From: Eledone cirrhosa
Taxonomy: Eukaryota
NCBI GenBank assembly: GCA_964016885.1
Contig: OZ024740.1
Span: 261,206,001-261,270,000, forward strand
Length of the DNA stretch: 64,000 nt
Reading direction: 5' to 3'
Shown here piece after piece: positions 26,099 to 39,044 of this stretch (positions within the stretch are counted from its first letter, which is position 1; every line of letters begins with the position of its first letter). Both the position numbers and the translations under genes were made by a program. Below the pieces are notes generated by a model. It saw only the letters and a program-made list of their open reading frames with translations. It was not told the origin of the DNA and made no database searches.

Positions 26099-28700
26099 TA
26101 ACAGATTAAAGTTTAAGCAAAGAATCGCTGCTTTCACGCTTAACGGGATCTTCTGAAACTAAAAAGTCAATCTATGAACGCAGAAATAAATATTTCAAAA
26201 CCGTTGCAGCCGGAGGAAAACAGGAAGACCATACTTTGGTTCGTGGAAACGTTCCCTGGCAAAGAACGGGAAAAAACGAAGATAATGCGTCATTATTTGG
26301 AGTGGTGAAAAGCAATTAATTACACGCAAAGACAAAACCACGTTTATGGTATAAAAGAAGTCGTAGACTAATATTCTATTAGGTGGTTCATGGCGACGTT
26401 CTCTGGCAATGAACGGACAAAACGAAGATAATACGTCATTATGTGGAACGCGGAGAACGATTGCACGCAAAGACAAAACCAACCACGTAAATGGTATAAC
26501 TGAAGTCGTAGACTAAAATTCTAACTAGGAAACCGAATGATTCTCGGCATCAGAGTTAAGAATAAAGTAAATAAAATACAGAGGTAATTGAAATTAAATA
26601 AATACATACACGCATCAATATACGTACATACACAAGCATACGCGAAAACATTCGCCATAGGTATACAAATACAAGCACGTACACAAAAAAAACCCGCACG
26701 CACATACAGAACCCACGCAACGCCTGTACCCGCACACATACGAATGTATACACCAAATACACATTAAAATATATATATATAAAAAAGATATATGTGTGTG
26801 TGTGTGCGTGTATGCATATAATTAAAAAACGTATATAAATAAATAAATAAGTATATAACGCGTGCACACACATACCTACATGTAAATACACATATGTTCG
26901 GAGACGTACGTCAACCAAAACACAAAGTACACTTATACACACACCCTACATACGTACGAACCCGCATACTCACACAGATGCAAAACTCCTGTATACACAT
27001 AACCAAATGCATATGTACCAGAATATATAATATATACGCCATAACATATACAATCAAATATACGTACGAGAAAGTATACGTACCTTCACGAAAAATACAA
27101 GTAATATATACTTACCTATACAAATAAGTAATGGTATAACATATACTTAGCTACCACATCAAGACGTAAAATATCCGCGTATAGTTCGTACTATCCGTTA
27201 GGGTATAATGTGGGGCTGTAATACAGGAAAGTTTTGTGCAATTTATGTTTACAAGCAAAAATTGCCTCAGATTTTTTGTTTAAGATGTGGTCTTTGGCGT
27301 AGAGTATTTCCAGAGCCTCAGCGGCGCAGAGGTCACATGGTCTTTTATTTCCGTTATACGATCTAGCCCCTAGCTAGGATCGCCTAGTGTAACTTATATT
27401 GGGTGTGGTTATCTTTTAGACTCCAGATATAAGCTGAAAGTGACGTCATATTCCTTCTTAAAGGGTTAAGAAAAGAATGGGTATGCATGTAAAGACGCTG
27501 CTTGAATCTATTGGCGGTTAACCCTATGTAGGCCCTACGGGACGTCGGTGTTTCAACCTTGCATTTGTAAACAATGTTACTAGCGAGGCATTTCCCGGAT
27601 AGGGGGCAGTCAACCAATTCCTACAATTACAGTTAGTACTAGCTACAGGGTTGCACGTGTTCCTACGGCTAGGTAGTTTAGCTAAATTTGAAGCTGTGAT
27701 GTTATGTGCAAGGTTAGGAGTCGTAGAGTAAGACATTTTAATGGTATTTCTATTAAAAATTTTACTATATTTATGTGTTGGGGGAAAATGCTTCATAATA
27801 AGGGAGAGAAAGATCTTAGCTAATGGTGTGGCCACCTCCATATTATATGGTGGGTTATACCATATAATGCGTCGGGATCTATTTTTTCTAGGTCTATACT
27901 CGTACTCTCTATATGCTACATTATCGACAAATCCACTCCGAACAAGAGCTTCATTATAATATGTGGAATGGTCGTTGAAAATATGCTCGTTAGTAGATAG
28001 ACGGGAAAGCCTCAATGAATCGTTTCTTACCAGGTTCTTGGTTATGCTGGCAGGATGGTTAGAATGCTTGCTTATGTAATTAAGCGTATCATTCGGCTTT
28101 CTATACGGGTAGTGCAAGCCATTTGACAAATTGAGGGTAACGTCGATGTAATTAACGACTGAGAGGTTGGCCTCAACCTGTATGGAGAGGTTGAAGCCTT
28201 TAAAGAAGGCTGTGAGTTCTTTTCTGAACCTGTCGCAAGCACGTGGGCCGCACTTTGTCATGGTCAAAAGACTATCATCACGATACAAACCACCGCCCAC
28301 GTTGGGGGAATTCTTCCTTGATAGAGAAAAGAATGAAAAAACCGATAAGATCAGTAACCTCCGCAGAATCGCTGGCGCCCATACTCACGTCGAATAGGGT
28401 ACTATTAGATTTTTTAATCCAAATAGAGTCGTCGAAATTAATCACCGACTTGCGGGCATTTAGGATGACATCAACTTAGAAATCCTTAACCACTGTGAGT
28501 GTTTTAGCGAAATTGATAGCTCTAAGGAGAAGTCGTAAAGTGATGGAGGAGAGTAATTATTGATGTCGAATTGGATAAAACGGCAATGTTCCTTGTTGCA
28601 TATGCCGTTGAACCAATCAATCACCGCGAAAGAATTGTTCCACAGTGCAAGAGGGGCCAAACTTCTAATTTCAGGTATAATTCTATCTAAAATCCTTTTT
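26093..28700 (-). mobile_element. Penelope-like element, second lineage (YRDD RT + C-terminal YIG endonuclease; possibly Hydra clade)
   Basis: FIQFDINNY, GASDSAEVTDL, GGLYRDD, YRKPNDTLNYISKHSNHP, IIWYNPPY, CNCR..CPLSGKCL..IVYKC..YIGLTANRFKQR, CDLC. The long 3' region carries a ~150 bp internal repeat (26230-26520). Confidence 0.85.
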
Positions 28701-29099
28701 TCTCATGGTAGGTGGTCGCGGTCTAAGGTATCCTCGTAGAAAATCAATCCAGGTTACAGAGTTATTTACATATATGTGAGTTTGAACACTAAAGCCAGAA
28801 GCCAGGTGTAGGTAGAGAGTTAGTTCATTGTTTAACGATCGCTAGTCGACGTATCGACTAGCATGGTAGTGGTTAGGTTACTATCTATTAATAGGCTCGT
28901 TACATAAACACTAAACTCTAGTTTATGGTCAATTATTGATCTCCACCGTCACCAACTGTGTACAATTTGCATATCGAGTGCGTTAATCGGCCGGGTGCAC
29001 CGAAAACGATAAACGGAAAAAATGAAACGAAATTTCATTTCCCACTCTTAGTACATGACCGCTCAGAACAAGCACAGGGCAACCCGTCTAGGAGAGCAA

Positions 29100-29523
29100 C
29101 CACTACGAATAAATTGGTACGGGGCGGTGAAGCCCCCTAAGTCCAGTAAGTGTTGGTGGCATTAATAAAAGCACCTGGTCCATGCTGTAAAATAGAGGTG
29201 ATGAAAGTGGCATTCAGCCATTAAAACCATGCCAGAGTATGGGGTGGAGAAGGCCCCTGAGTTCAGTACGACAACCTCGCTAGTGTTGGTGGCACAAATA
29301 AAAGCACCCAGTCTATGTTGTAAAGTGGGGCTGGTGATAGGAATGGTATCCAACCAGTACATTATTAATGCCAAATTAGGAGCACAAAATTTTATAATAG
29401 TAACTGCGTAAACAGTAATAACACTAACCATGTTATGGCTGCACACAGTAGTGGGGTGTCTAGTTCGGCCATGTGCGAGAAACCCCAACCGTCATCAAGC
29501 AGTTGTACAACAACAATAACAAT
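29100..29523 (+). mobile_element. Meta-domain-like SINE or RTE 3' UTR, diverged
   Basis: Two copies of gtgttggtggca..aataaaagcacc..gtaaa, then ggtgataggaatggtatcc and a (CAA)n tail. Confidence 0.45.
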
Positions 29524-29583
29524 CTGCGTCCGTTTTATATTTTTTAATCCCATTAGTAAAATAAGTTGGATTACTTTGAATAA

Positions 29584-29882
29584 ATAATTGTTTCTACTTT
29601 AGGCACAAGGCCAGCAATGACCCAGTGCATTACTGGTACTTTATTTTATCGACCCCGTAAGGATGAAAGGCAAAGTCAACCTCGGCGGGATTTGAACTCA
29701 GATCGTAAAGGGACGTAACTATGCTGGAAAGCATGGCGTCCGACCCTCTACCGATACTGCCAATCCATCGCCCTTACTTTGAATAAATAATTGTTTCTAC
29801 TTTTGGCACAAGGCCAGCAATTACCCAATGCATTACTGGTACTTTATTCTATCGACCCCGGAAGGATGAAAGGCAAAGTTAC
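29584..29882 (-). mobile_element. Two tandem SINE family A copies with triplicated target site
   Basis: ttactttgaataaataa occurs at 29571, 29774 and 29879, bracketing a full and a 5'-truncated copy. Confidence 0.85.
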
Positions 29883-30009
29883 TTTGAATAAATAATGAAT
29901 GAATATTACATAATTTATGTACTAAATTTTGCAACACTTGATTAAACATTCTGCTCCTTCCACCCCTCCCTCCACTTCACCACCTCTATCTCCACCACCC
30001 ACGTCTACT

Positions 30010-30920
30010 TCTTAGACATCTCCATCGCCATCGACCCCTCCCACCGCTCCCACGTCACCTCCGCCTTCTTCAAACCCACCGACTCTCACTCCTACCTCGA
30101 CTTCACCTCCTCCCACCCTACACACACTAAACACTCCATTCCCTACTCCCAACTCCTCCGGATCCGCCGCCTCTGCAGCCGAGATGCTGACTTTGAGTCC
30201 CAAGCCCTTTCCCTAGTCAGCCATTTCATCCGGCGAGGTCCCCCCCCCCTCGTTCACACCGCCCTCACTCGCGCCCGTGCTGTCCACCGCTCTACCGCCC
30301 TCACCCCACGCCACTGCACACCCACCCACCGTCTCCCCTTCCTCATCACCTACCACACATCCACCTTACGCCTCCACCGCACCATCCTTCGCCTCTTCCG
30401 ACGCCTCCAGTCCGACCCCTCCACTTCCCCCATCTTCCCATCCACACCCCTCCCCTCCTTCAAACGCGCACGCAATCTCCGCACCCTCCTCGTCCACAGC
30501 TCCCTACCCCCCCCCCCCAATCCACGCTCTTCTCCGCCCCACGGTTCACTTCCCTGCTCGAGGCCTCGTTGACACACCTGCCCCACATCACCAACACCAC
30601 CACCTTCAGCCTTCCCCGCTTCGACCCCTCCGCCTCCCTCTCCCAACTCCACCCTCCACCACCCTTACACGCCTCACACCCTTCCAGCACTTGTTCATCT
30701 TATTGCTTATTCTTATGTTTATTTTTACGTTTATTTTTATTTTTATTTATCCTAAATGTATTTCCACACCCCCTCAGAACTCTCTTCCTAACCTATTTAC
30801 TCCTGAAGAAGGGCTTATGCCCGAAACGCCCCCCCCCCCCCCCTCCACACTCTCAAGAGCGTAAACCTAATAAACCTTTATTTGTCTGCCTCTCTGTTTT
30901 GTTCCCGTCTAAATTTGCAC
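30010..30920 (+). mobile_element. Penelope-like element, third lineage (Neptune-like, C-rich), 3' part
   Basis: FLDISI..FKPTDSHSYLDFTSSHPTHTKHSIPYSQLLRIRRLCS, PFLITYH, SFKRARNLRTLLVHS; 3' hammerhead core and AATAAA. Confidence 0.85.
30796..30828 (+). ncRNA. PLE hammerhead core (3' side disrupted by a C-run)
   Basis: CTGAAGA-a-gggc ttat gccc-GAAACG. Confidence 0.55.
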
Positions 30921-30943
<23 letters not shown>

Positions 30944-30953
<10 letters not shown>

Positions 30954-31271
30954 AGATCAAAAGATGGTTAAAGGAGTTCCATGTATTTTATTATGCGCAT
31001 TTCAAAAACAAACATCATCATGCAATAATATTTGTGTTTTCATCAGATAAAACAGGAGAACATGATATGAAGGCTAAAAAACACTTGTGGATAGTGCAGT
31101 TTTAAATCAACAAAACTGCACTATCCACAAGTGTTTTTTAGCCTTCATATCATGTTCTCCTGTTTTATCTGATGAAAACACAAATATTATTGCATGATGA
31201 TGTTTGTTTTTGAAATGCGCATAATAAAATACATGGAACTCCTTTAACCATCTTTTGATCTTATATATTAT
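30944..31271. repeat. Apparently perfect fold-back (~160 bp arms, 8 nt loop)
   Basis: The arms read as exact reverse complements by eye; the ORF track shows the same peptide on both strands. Confidence 0.95.
31163..31229 (+). ncRNA. Minimal type-I hammerhead ribozyme (mirror copy on - strand at 30986-31052)
   Basis: ttttat-CTGATGA-aaacacaaatattatt gcat gatgatgtttgttttt-GAAA-TGCGCA-TA-ataaaa: intact core, stem I, long stem II and palindromic stem III. Confidence 0.75.
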
Positions 31272-31409
31272 GTATACTCCAGTCCTACAAACTGTAGAGT
31301 GCTTCTTATTCGATATCTGCATTGCTTTATTGTACTACAATAAAACTCACCTCCTACACATATATATATATATAGTGCAAATTTAGACGGGAACAAAACA
31401 GCATATGAA

Positions 31410-31519
<110 letters not shown>

Positions 31520-31789
31520 TTCATATGCCTCAGCTGTACATTGTGCTGCTACCACTGTTGTTATAACTATCTCATACTACTCCCTCTCTCTCTATGTCTG
31601 ATGTAGGAAATAGCAGACAATCATACATTTATATGAACGAATATATAAATATATTCATGCAAAAACAGACACACTTACAAAAATATATACTTACAGCCAT
31701 TCATTCACACATTAAGTGGTAATAGGTATGCTATATTTTTATCGCTATATCACATCGCTTATATATCATCTTATAATATATAACCAGCA

Positions 31790-32255
31790 ATTTCTCTGTC
31801 TGTCTGTCCGACGCGTAGAGAGAGTGAGAGTGAAAGAAAGAGACAGACTACAAGAGGGGGATAGCGGGAGGGAGAGAGAGAGAGACGCTGGAAGAAGGGA
31901 AGGAAAGCTATGTCTTGCTGTCTGCATTACAATACATATATATATACACACACACACTGAGCGCGTCATAATGACGTAATGCAGACAGCCAGACATACAG
32001 ACAGATATTATAAGGGCGCAACGTTATATCTATGTATCTATCTAAAAAGAAAGACTAAGAATTATATAGAGAGAACGCTAAATCGCCCAATGCGGTCCCT
32101 AGGGCATTGAAAATTTGAAATAATTTTTGCTCAAAACACTCACAGGACCATAAGTATTACATGTCTAAAGTTTGAAAACAATCGGTTGGATGGTTCTCAA
32201 GTTTTAGTGAGCTGACAGACAGACAGACAGACATTCTCTGTTTTAGATATATAGA
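31790..32255 (-). mobile_element. Non-autonomous Helitron 5' region
   Basis: Minus strand starts TCTATATATCTAAAAC then (CTGT)n and caaccgattgttttcaaacttt, typical of invertebrate non-autonomous Helitrons. Distal end uncertain. Confidence 0.55.
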
Positions 32256-32759
32256 CTAGCAGAAAACCGCCCCCGGGTGGTTTTCTGCTAGTCTCTCTAT
32301 ATATAAAACGGAATATGTCTGTCAGTGTGTGTGTATGATTTTTATGCATTTCCACATTTCTCTACCGATTTTGATGATTGTTTTTCCAATGTGCTCCAAA
32401 TTTACCAAGAATGGTCAACGCGTAATAAATTTCCTGTTTCTATGAAAAAAAAATCGAGAAAACTAAATACATGCTGTAACCCTCTCTCTTACACGCTTAA
32501 TTCCTCTCACTACTACCCTCAAAAATCTATGAAACTACATACATGTTGCAACTATCTCTCTCTCTATATATATATCACACACACACACATATACATATAC
32601 ATCTAAAGAGAGAAAGGGAGATAGAGAGAGAGAGAGTGAGATAGGTCGTTATACAGAGAGAGGTACAAGATAATCAGAGAGAGAGAGGGGGGGGGTGGCG
32701 ACGAACGCTGGTTCACACACACACACACAGACACAAACACATATATATAAAGACAGATG

Positions 32760-32837
<78 letters not shown>

Positions 32838-32964
32838 GAGAGATCTGCGCGTTCTTTATTGTTCTCCATTCTGTAGAGGAAGAGAGAGAGGGGGTATGAG
32901 TGAGAGAGAGAGAAAGAGAGAGAGGGTATGAGAAAAAAGGGAGAGGGGTTGAGAAAGAAAGAAA

Positions 32965-33290
32965 TTTTAAGCAAAGAATCGCTGCTTTCAACATTAACGG
33001 GATCTTCTTAAACTAAAAAATTCAATCTGTGAACGCAGAATTAAATATTTCGAGAAACGTTTCAACCGAAGGAAAACAGGAAGACGATATTTTGGTTCGT
33101 GAAGACGTTCCCTGGCAATGAACGGAAAAAAAGCGAGGATAATACGTCGTTATGTGGACTGAGAAGAACAGTTTCATGCAAAGACAAGACCAAGTTTATG
33201 GTGTAAATGGAGTCGTTAGACTAATATTCTATTTAAAATAACTGAATGATTTCTAGCCCCGGAGTTTAAGAATGAGGTAAATAAAATTGT
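32965..33290 (-). mobile_element. PLE terminal region (homologue of 26110-26590)
   Basis: ttaagcaaagaatcgctgctttca...ttaacgggatcttc and downstream blocks match. Confidence 0.7.
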
Positions 33291-34449
33291 AAACGAAAAT
33301 GACAGAGGTTATTAAAGTAGTTGTTTCTACTATGGTACAAGGCCAGCAATTATCCAGTACATTACTGGTACTTTATTTTATCAACCCCGTAAAGATGAAA
33401 GGTAAAGTTAACCACGACGGGATTTTAACTTTGCCTTTAACCATGCACACACACAAACACACACACACGCGCGCGCGCCTGTGTGTGTAAACCTTATGCA
33501 TTTCTACAGTATTTCACCAAACTTAAGACATAGGTTACTTATGTACTCCGGATGGTCATGGGCGCTTTCATTTTTCCAGATATTGATTATAGGGCTCTCC
33601 TTTAACCGCTACCTTGGAGTCGACTGAAGCACTGCAGTGCAATGCAACAGAATGTCATAACTTCTGGAGTTCGCAACCGATTTTCACAAAACTTGACACA
33701 TGGGCTGTGTTTGTTCTACAGATGAATGTGAAAGAAACTTAACATTGTAACTTTAACACAGCTACTGAGCAGCCCCGAGCAATGCCGGGCTTTACTGCTA
33801 TAGGCGATAAAGTTGTGCAGACAGACAGTCGTGCAGAGAAGTGATATAGGAGATAAAGTTGTGCAGACAGACAGTCGTGCAGAGAGATGATAGGCGATAA
33901 AATTGCATTTCTTTTTTGTTTTTCATGTCCATCCAATTTCTTTGTTTCAAAATAACTGATAGTTTAGTTACGCTGATGTTTTTCTCTGAGACAAGTGTTG
34001 CAGTGTTTACATTTTCGATTTTTGTTAATAGATTACCAGTGCAGTTTTGTTTTAACATTCGGGTTATGGTTATGTTTTCTTAACTTCATAAGGCATACTG
34101 TTGGTTGAGGGAATATTAATCAAAAGTACCTCATGAAAGTCTACACTGTAGACTCTACAGTTTTTAAGCCAAGAAAGGAACTTAACATTGTAACTTTAAC
34201 ACAGCTACTGAGCAGCCCCGAGCAACGCCGGGCTTTACTGCTAGTTATATATATAAACGTTCATATATTTCCATCGTTCTTTCATAACGTTTATATTTCC
34301 CGTCTCTCATATGTTTCAAACATATATTTATTTCAAAGATTTCTTTTCTCTGCATCAGCTTTATTTATTTATTTTTTTTTTTTTTTTACTTGTAAGATTT
34401 CACTGTAGAGATAACATATATATTTATACATACATGACAGAAAGTAATC

Positions 34450-37400
34450 ATGGGATGCAGAAAACATTTCTCATCTAAATCTCAAACTTGGCAACAGACG
34501 CACAATGACAAAGAGAGATAAGGGCAAATCAATCAAAAAAATAATCGCTCTACAACATCCCAACAGATTTCTACACATATAGTTCAGCTAACACACCAAC
34601 AACAATTTGCACCAAATACACCAAACCTCAGAGAGGAAGGAACAGGTCAATTGAAGGTCTGGCAAAGAATCCTACAGATGAACTATTCCAGGAGCAAACT
34701 GTTCTTTCCATAATGCCACAACATAATGCAGGGAGTCTCTTTGCCTCTGTTTGTCTGCACTGCAAAGCTTGTATCTGGCCACATGAACCCAAATCTCTGT
34801 GCTGCTTCCAGGGAAAAGTGAAACTCCCTCAACTTCCTCCTCCTCCACCAAATATACTGATATATTTCAATATCACTCAGGCAGGAAATTCTTTTCACCA
34901 TAAGATACGGGCATATAACAATGTGCTTGCCTTAGCTTCAATTGGTTGTAAAGATATTAGAGCACCAAGATTTAGTCCTACATTTAAGATCCAAGGTAAG
35001 GTTTGTCATGTTATTGGATCACTACTTCCAAGTGATGTTTCCCCCAAGTTTGCGCAGCTTTACTTCTATGATAAGATCATGAGCTTCAGAATCGCTTGCA
35101 TCATGCTAATTTACATGCTACTGTCCTGCAAAAAGACTTGCACTGCTGCAACACCTATATAAGAAGCTTCAAGGTAATCATTGAAATGCCAGTCTCTGAA
35201 AATGTGAATATTGTCCTACATGGTGACACAGTAAAACCGATTGATTTTCATTGTCGCACATATAATCTTCCCATGGCATCTGACATTGCTGATATTCAAC
35301 CTGATACAGCATTAGGTCTTTTGGATGTTATCATTCATAAAAGAGATGGTCGTCTTCAGAGGATTCATCAGTTGCACCATTCTTATGATTCTTTGCATTA
35401 TGTGCAAAAATAGAACATTGTTGCCTCAAATGGGCCCACACAATCAAACCAGGATATGAGCTGAAAAGTATAAGGGTTTATATGATGCTGTAGCTGAAGG
35501 AGATTCAGTAAATACAGGCCGGAGAATTGTTCTTCCTCCTTCAATCTATGGTTCCCCTCGCTTCTACAGTGAGTGTTTCCAGAATTCGATGACTGTGGTT
35601 TGACACATGGGAAAGCATCTTATTTCATCACAGTAGCAACTAACCCTAACTGGGATGAGATAAAAAATAGTTTGCACTCTGGTGAAGAACCTAGGGACCG
35701 TCCTGATATTTGTGCAAGAGTCTTCAAGATCAAGTATGACAGCCTCGTGGATTACACATTGAAAAAAAATGTCCTAGGAAAGGTTGTGCTTCATTCTGCT
35801 ACAATAGAGTGGCAGAAAGGAGGCCTCACTCATGCTCATATTCTGCTGATAATGGCTGAAGATAGCAAGCCCAAAACTGCTGATGCCATTGATCAGGTAG
35901 TGTACTGTGAGATTCCTGATAAAGAGACCAATCCAATTCTGCATAAGATCATCACATCCTGCAACATTCATGGACCATGTAGACAAGCTAATATGATGTG
36001 CTCATGTATGGAAGGACTAGGACAACAACGCCATTGCTCAAAAGGTTATCCTAACGCATTCAGACAAACCACATTTGTTGCCGAAAATTCTTTTCCAGAG
36101 TATAGTAGGAGGGATAGACAGCATGGTGGTCACACCCATACAATCCAACTTAAAGGTCAAGAGTTTACTGTTGATAATCATTGGATTGTTCCATACAACC
36201 CTTTCCTCTCATTGAGATATCAGTGCCACATCAATTGTGAGGTTGTCCACAGTGTCAAGGCTGTTAAGTACTTATATAAGTACATCACAAAAGGTCACTT
36301 TCACTATTAAGGATGATCAAGGAAATTGTGTCCATGCCCAAAATAAGCTTGACCTATATCAATGCACGGTACATCTCAGACAGTGAAGTATTCTGAAGAA
36401 TCTATAAATTTCCGTTACATCATCGGAAACTGCCAATTGAAACATTACCTTGCCATTTACCTGGGATACAGGTAAATGGTCGTGTATGAGCGAGGGCAGG
36501 AAGAAAGTGTTGTTTCTAGGGGACAGCCAATGATTAAGTCGACAGAATATTTTCAACTGAATATTAGAGACCCACTGGTACAAAATATATTGTATATTGA
36601 TATTCCTAAATATTTCACTTGGACAAACAAAAGGTGGCAAAGAAGTAAAAAGGGACATCTGGATGGTGATCAACAATTTATGAGTGAATCTCTTGGACAT
36701 ATTCCAACAGTATCTCTTAGTAGACATCAATCTGAATTATATTATCTCAGGATGATCCTACATCACAAGGCTGGGTCAACTTCATACAAAGATTTGAGGA
36801 CAATTGAAGGAGTTGAATTTCCAACATTCCAAGAAGCATGCAGGAAACTTGGTCTGTTAGATGAAGATGGAGAAAAAGACAAAGCTATGGTAGAAGCCTC
36901 ATCCATTATGCTTGGTCCTCAGCTGCGAGAGATCTTCTGCACCATTTTATTGTACTGCATGCCAAGTGACCCTCTGCAGTTCTGGGAGAAATCGAAGAGT
37001 TGTCTTGCAGAGGAAATCATGCATGAACATCATGAGCAAGTTATGTCCAAGAAAACTGTGCAGATTGTTCTACTGAAGATCCAACAAAGACTTCAACATG
37101 ATGGCTTGGACATTCATGTCAACTATGAATTTCCTTGGCCAGACACAACTATTGTTGCCATACCTGAAATCAACAGGGTTCTAATGGCAGAAATTGATTT
37201 CAATACACACCAACTGCAAGCAAACATAAATGAACTTCTGCCAACATTGAATCCTGAGCAACTGGTTATTTTTCACAAAGTCATCATCTCTGTAAATGAA
37301 AATGAAGGTAGAATTTTTTGCTTGAATGCAAGTGCAGGCACAGGAAAGACTTATGTCATCAATATCATTTTGGATTACCTCCAGTCTCTAAAGAAAATTG

Positions 37401-38560
37401 TACTTGCTACTGCCATATCTGGAATAGCGGCCACTTTGCTTCATTCTAAGTGCAAGATTCCTTTCAATGTGACTACTGAATCAACTTGCTCCTTCACAAA
37501 GAGGGATGCCACAGGTAAACTTATGCAGCAAGCTGACCTGCTAATCATTGGTGAGATAAGTATGGGACATAAACATATCTTTGAATACATTGACAGGAGC
37601 TTTAAAGATGTTCGAGATTGCAAAAAGCCATTTGGTCGTCTAACAGTATTACTATCTGGTGACTGGAAGCACATTCTTCCAGTTGTACATCATGGTGCTA
37701 GACCACAAATAGTTGAGGCAACCATCAAGAGATCTTATCTCTGGAACTATGTGGAAACCATGGAGATGACAACCAATCAACAGTTACTTAATGCAGAGGA
37801 TTCTGATGAAAGACAGTTTGCAAACTACCTTCTTGATTTGGGAAATGGTAATATTCAAACTGTACCAACTGTAGGCGTATCATTCACAGTTCCTCTGCCA
37901 AATGATCTTTGTCTGGACTGTGTGATTTTGTGTATACAAATCTTCTAGGAAACTACACAAACCCACTATGGCTTGCAAATAGAGCCATTATCACTCCAAC
38001 AAATGATGCAGCAAGATTGGTGAATGAGTTCATGTTCCCTGGTCATGAAATAATCTACAGAAGCTCTGATTCAGTAGATAATGAACTGCAATATCCAATC
38101 GAGTTCATCAACAAACTTACTCCATCAGGCTTCCCAACACACATACTTAAACTGAAGAACGGCAGTTGCATCATGCTTCTGAGACTTCTGAATCCTCTAA
38201 ACGGGCATTGCAATGGCACACGCTACATCATCGTCAGTTTACATAATCATGTAATTGAAGCTGAAGTGGCATTGGGTCCCAATGCTAGAACAAAGTTGTT
38301 AATCCCAAGGATACCTCACGTATCTCAAGAGCTTGAGTTCCCTTTCACCTTTACTCACAAGCAATTTCCTGTTAAACCAGCCTTTGCCCTTACATGCAAC
38401 AAGGCACAAGGGCAGACATTTAAAAAGATAGGTGTATATCTATCAACACAATTCTTCTCACATGATCAGATGTATGTTGCATTATCATGAGTTACAAAAA
38501 AAGAAAATATAAAAATATTAAATGAAAGGGGTCTGTTTGCTGCAAACTGTGTCTACTAAG
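34450..38560 (+). pseudogene. Helitron Rep (HUH) - PIF1 helicase, multiple frameshifts
   Basis: CLHC..CC zinc motif, YFITVATNPNW, EWQKGGLTHAHILL (HUH), YLYKYITKG (Y2), ASAGTGKT (Walker A), SGDWKHILPVV, CNGTR, ALTCNKAQGQT, FSHDQMYVALS. Confidence 0.95.
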
Positions 38561-39044
38561 CAATTCTACAGTGATGTGAAACAGCTATCACTCTCTTTTA
38601 ATTGAAATACATATCAGTTTTTTTTTAATTGCTAGAAAAGGGACATATAAAAACTTAAGTCTATATGTGAATACAGTAAAACAACAATAGCAAAGGTCAA
38701 CTCTTCATATTGGTAAATGCAATTCATTCATTCATACCAGCAGCTTCTATTTTCAAATTCACTGGTTGAAGTTTCCCATCGACATTCTCAAGTGAAGATT
38801 GATGAACATTTTCTGTCAAAAGTTTCATCGCTTTTCCATCTTCATTATCGCCTTTTTTTTAAAATGTATCACGAATTACTTTACTGATTACAGTCTTTGT
38901 TCAGTTTATGTGCATATTGTCAATTTACTTTTCAATTTACGTATCATATCTATATGCATATACATATATATATTTGCGTATATCAATATACACACTATAT
39001 ATGCTAGGAGAAAACCGCCCGAAGGGTGGTTTTTCTGCTAGTAA

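Larger units (their letters stand above)
32292..39041 (+). mobile_element. Helitron (formerly autonomous), composite
   Basis: 5' TCTCTCTATATATAAAA at 32292, RepHel pseudogene, and 3' hairpin plus CTAG|T at 39004-39041. Inside are (GA)n, a PLE end, a SINE fragment and extra Helitron 3' ends (33770-33800, 34211-34243). The 5' boundary is inferred. Confidence 0.7.

Noticed and set aside
30277-30864. Proline-rich extensin-like ORF
   Set aside because: Alternative frame of the C-rich Neptune-like PLE.
36476-38490. Host PIF1 helicase gene
   Set aside because: Intronless, frameshifted, linked to an HUH Rep domain and bounded by Helitron ends.
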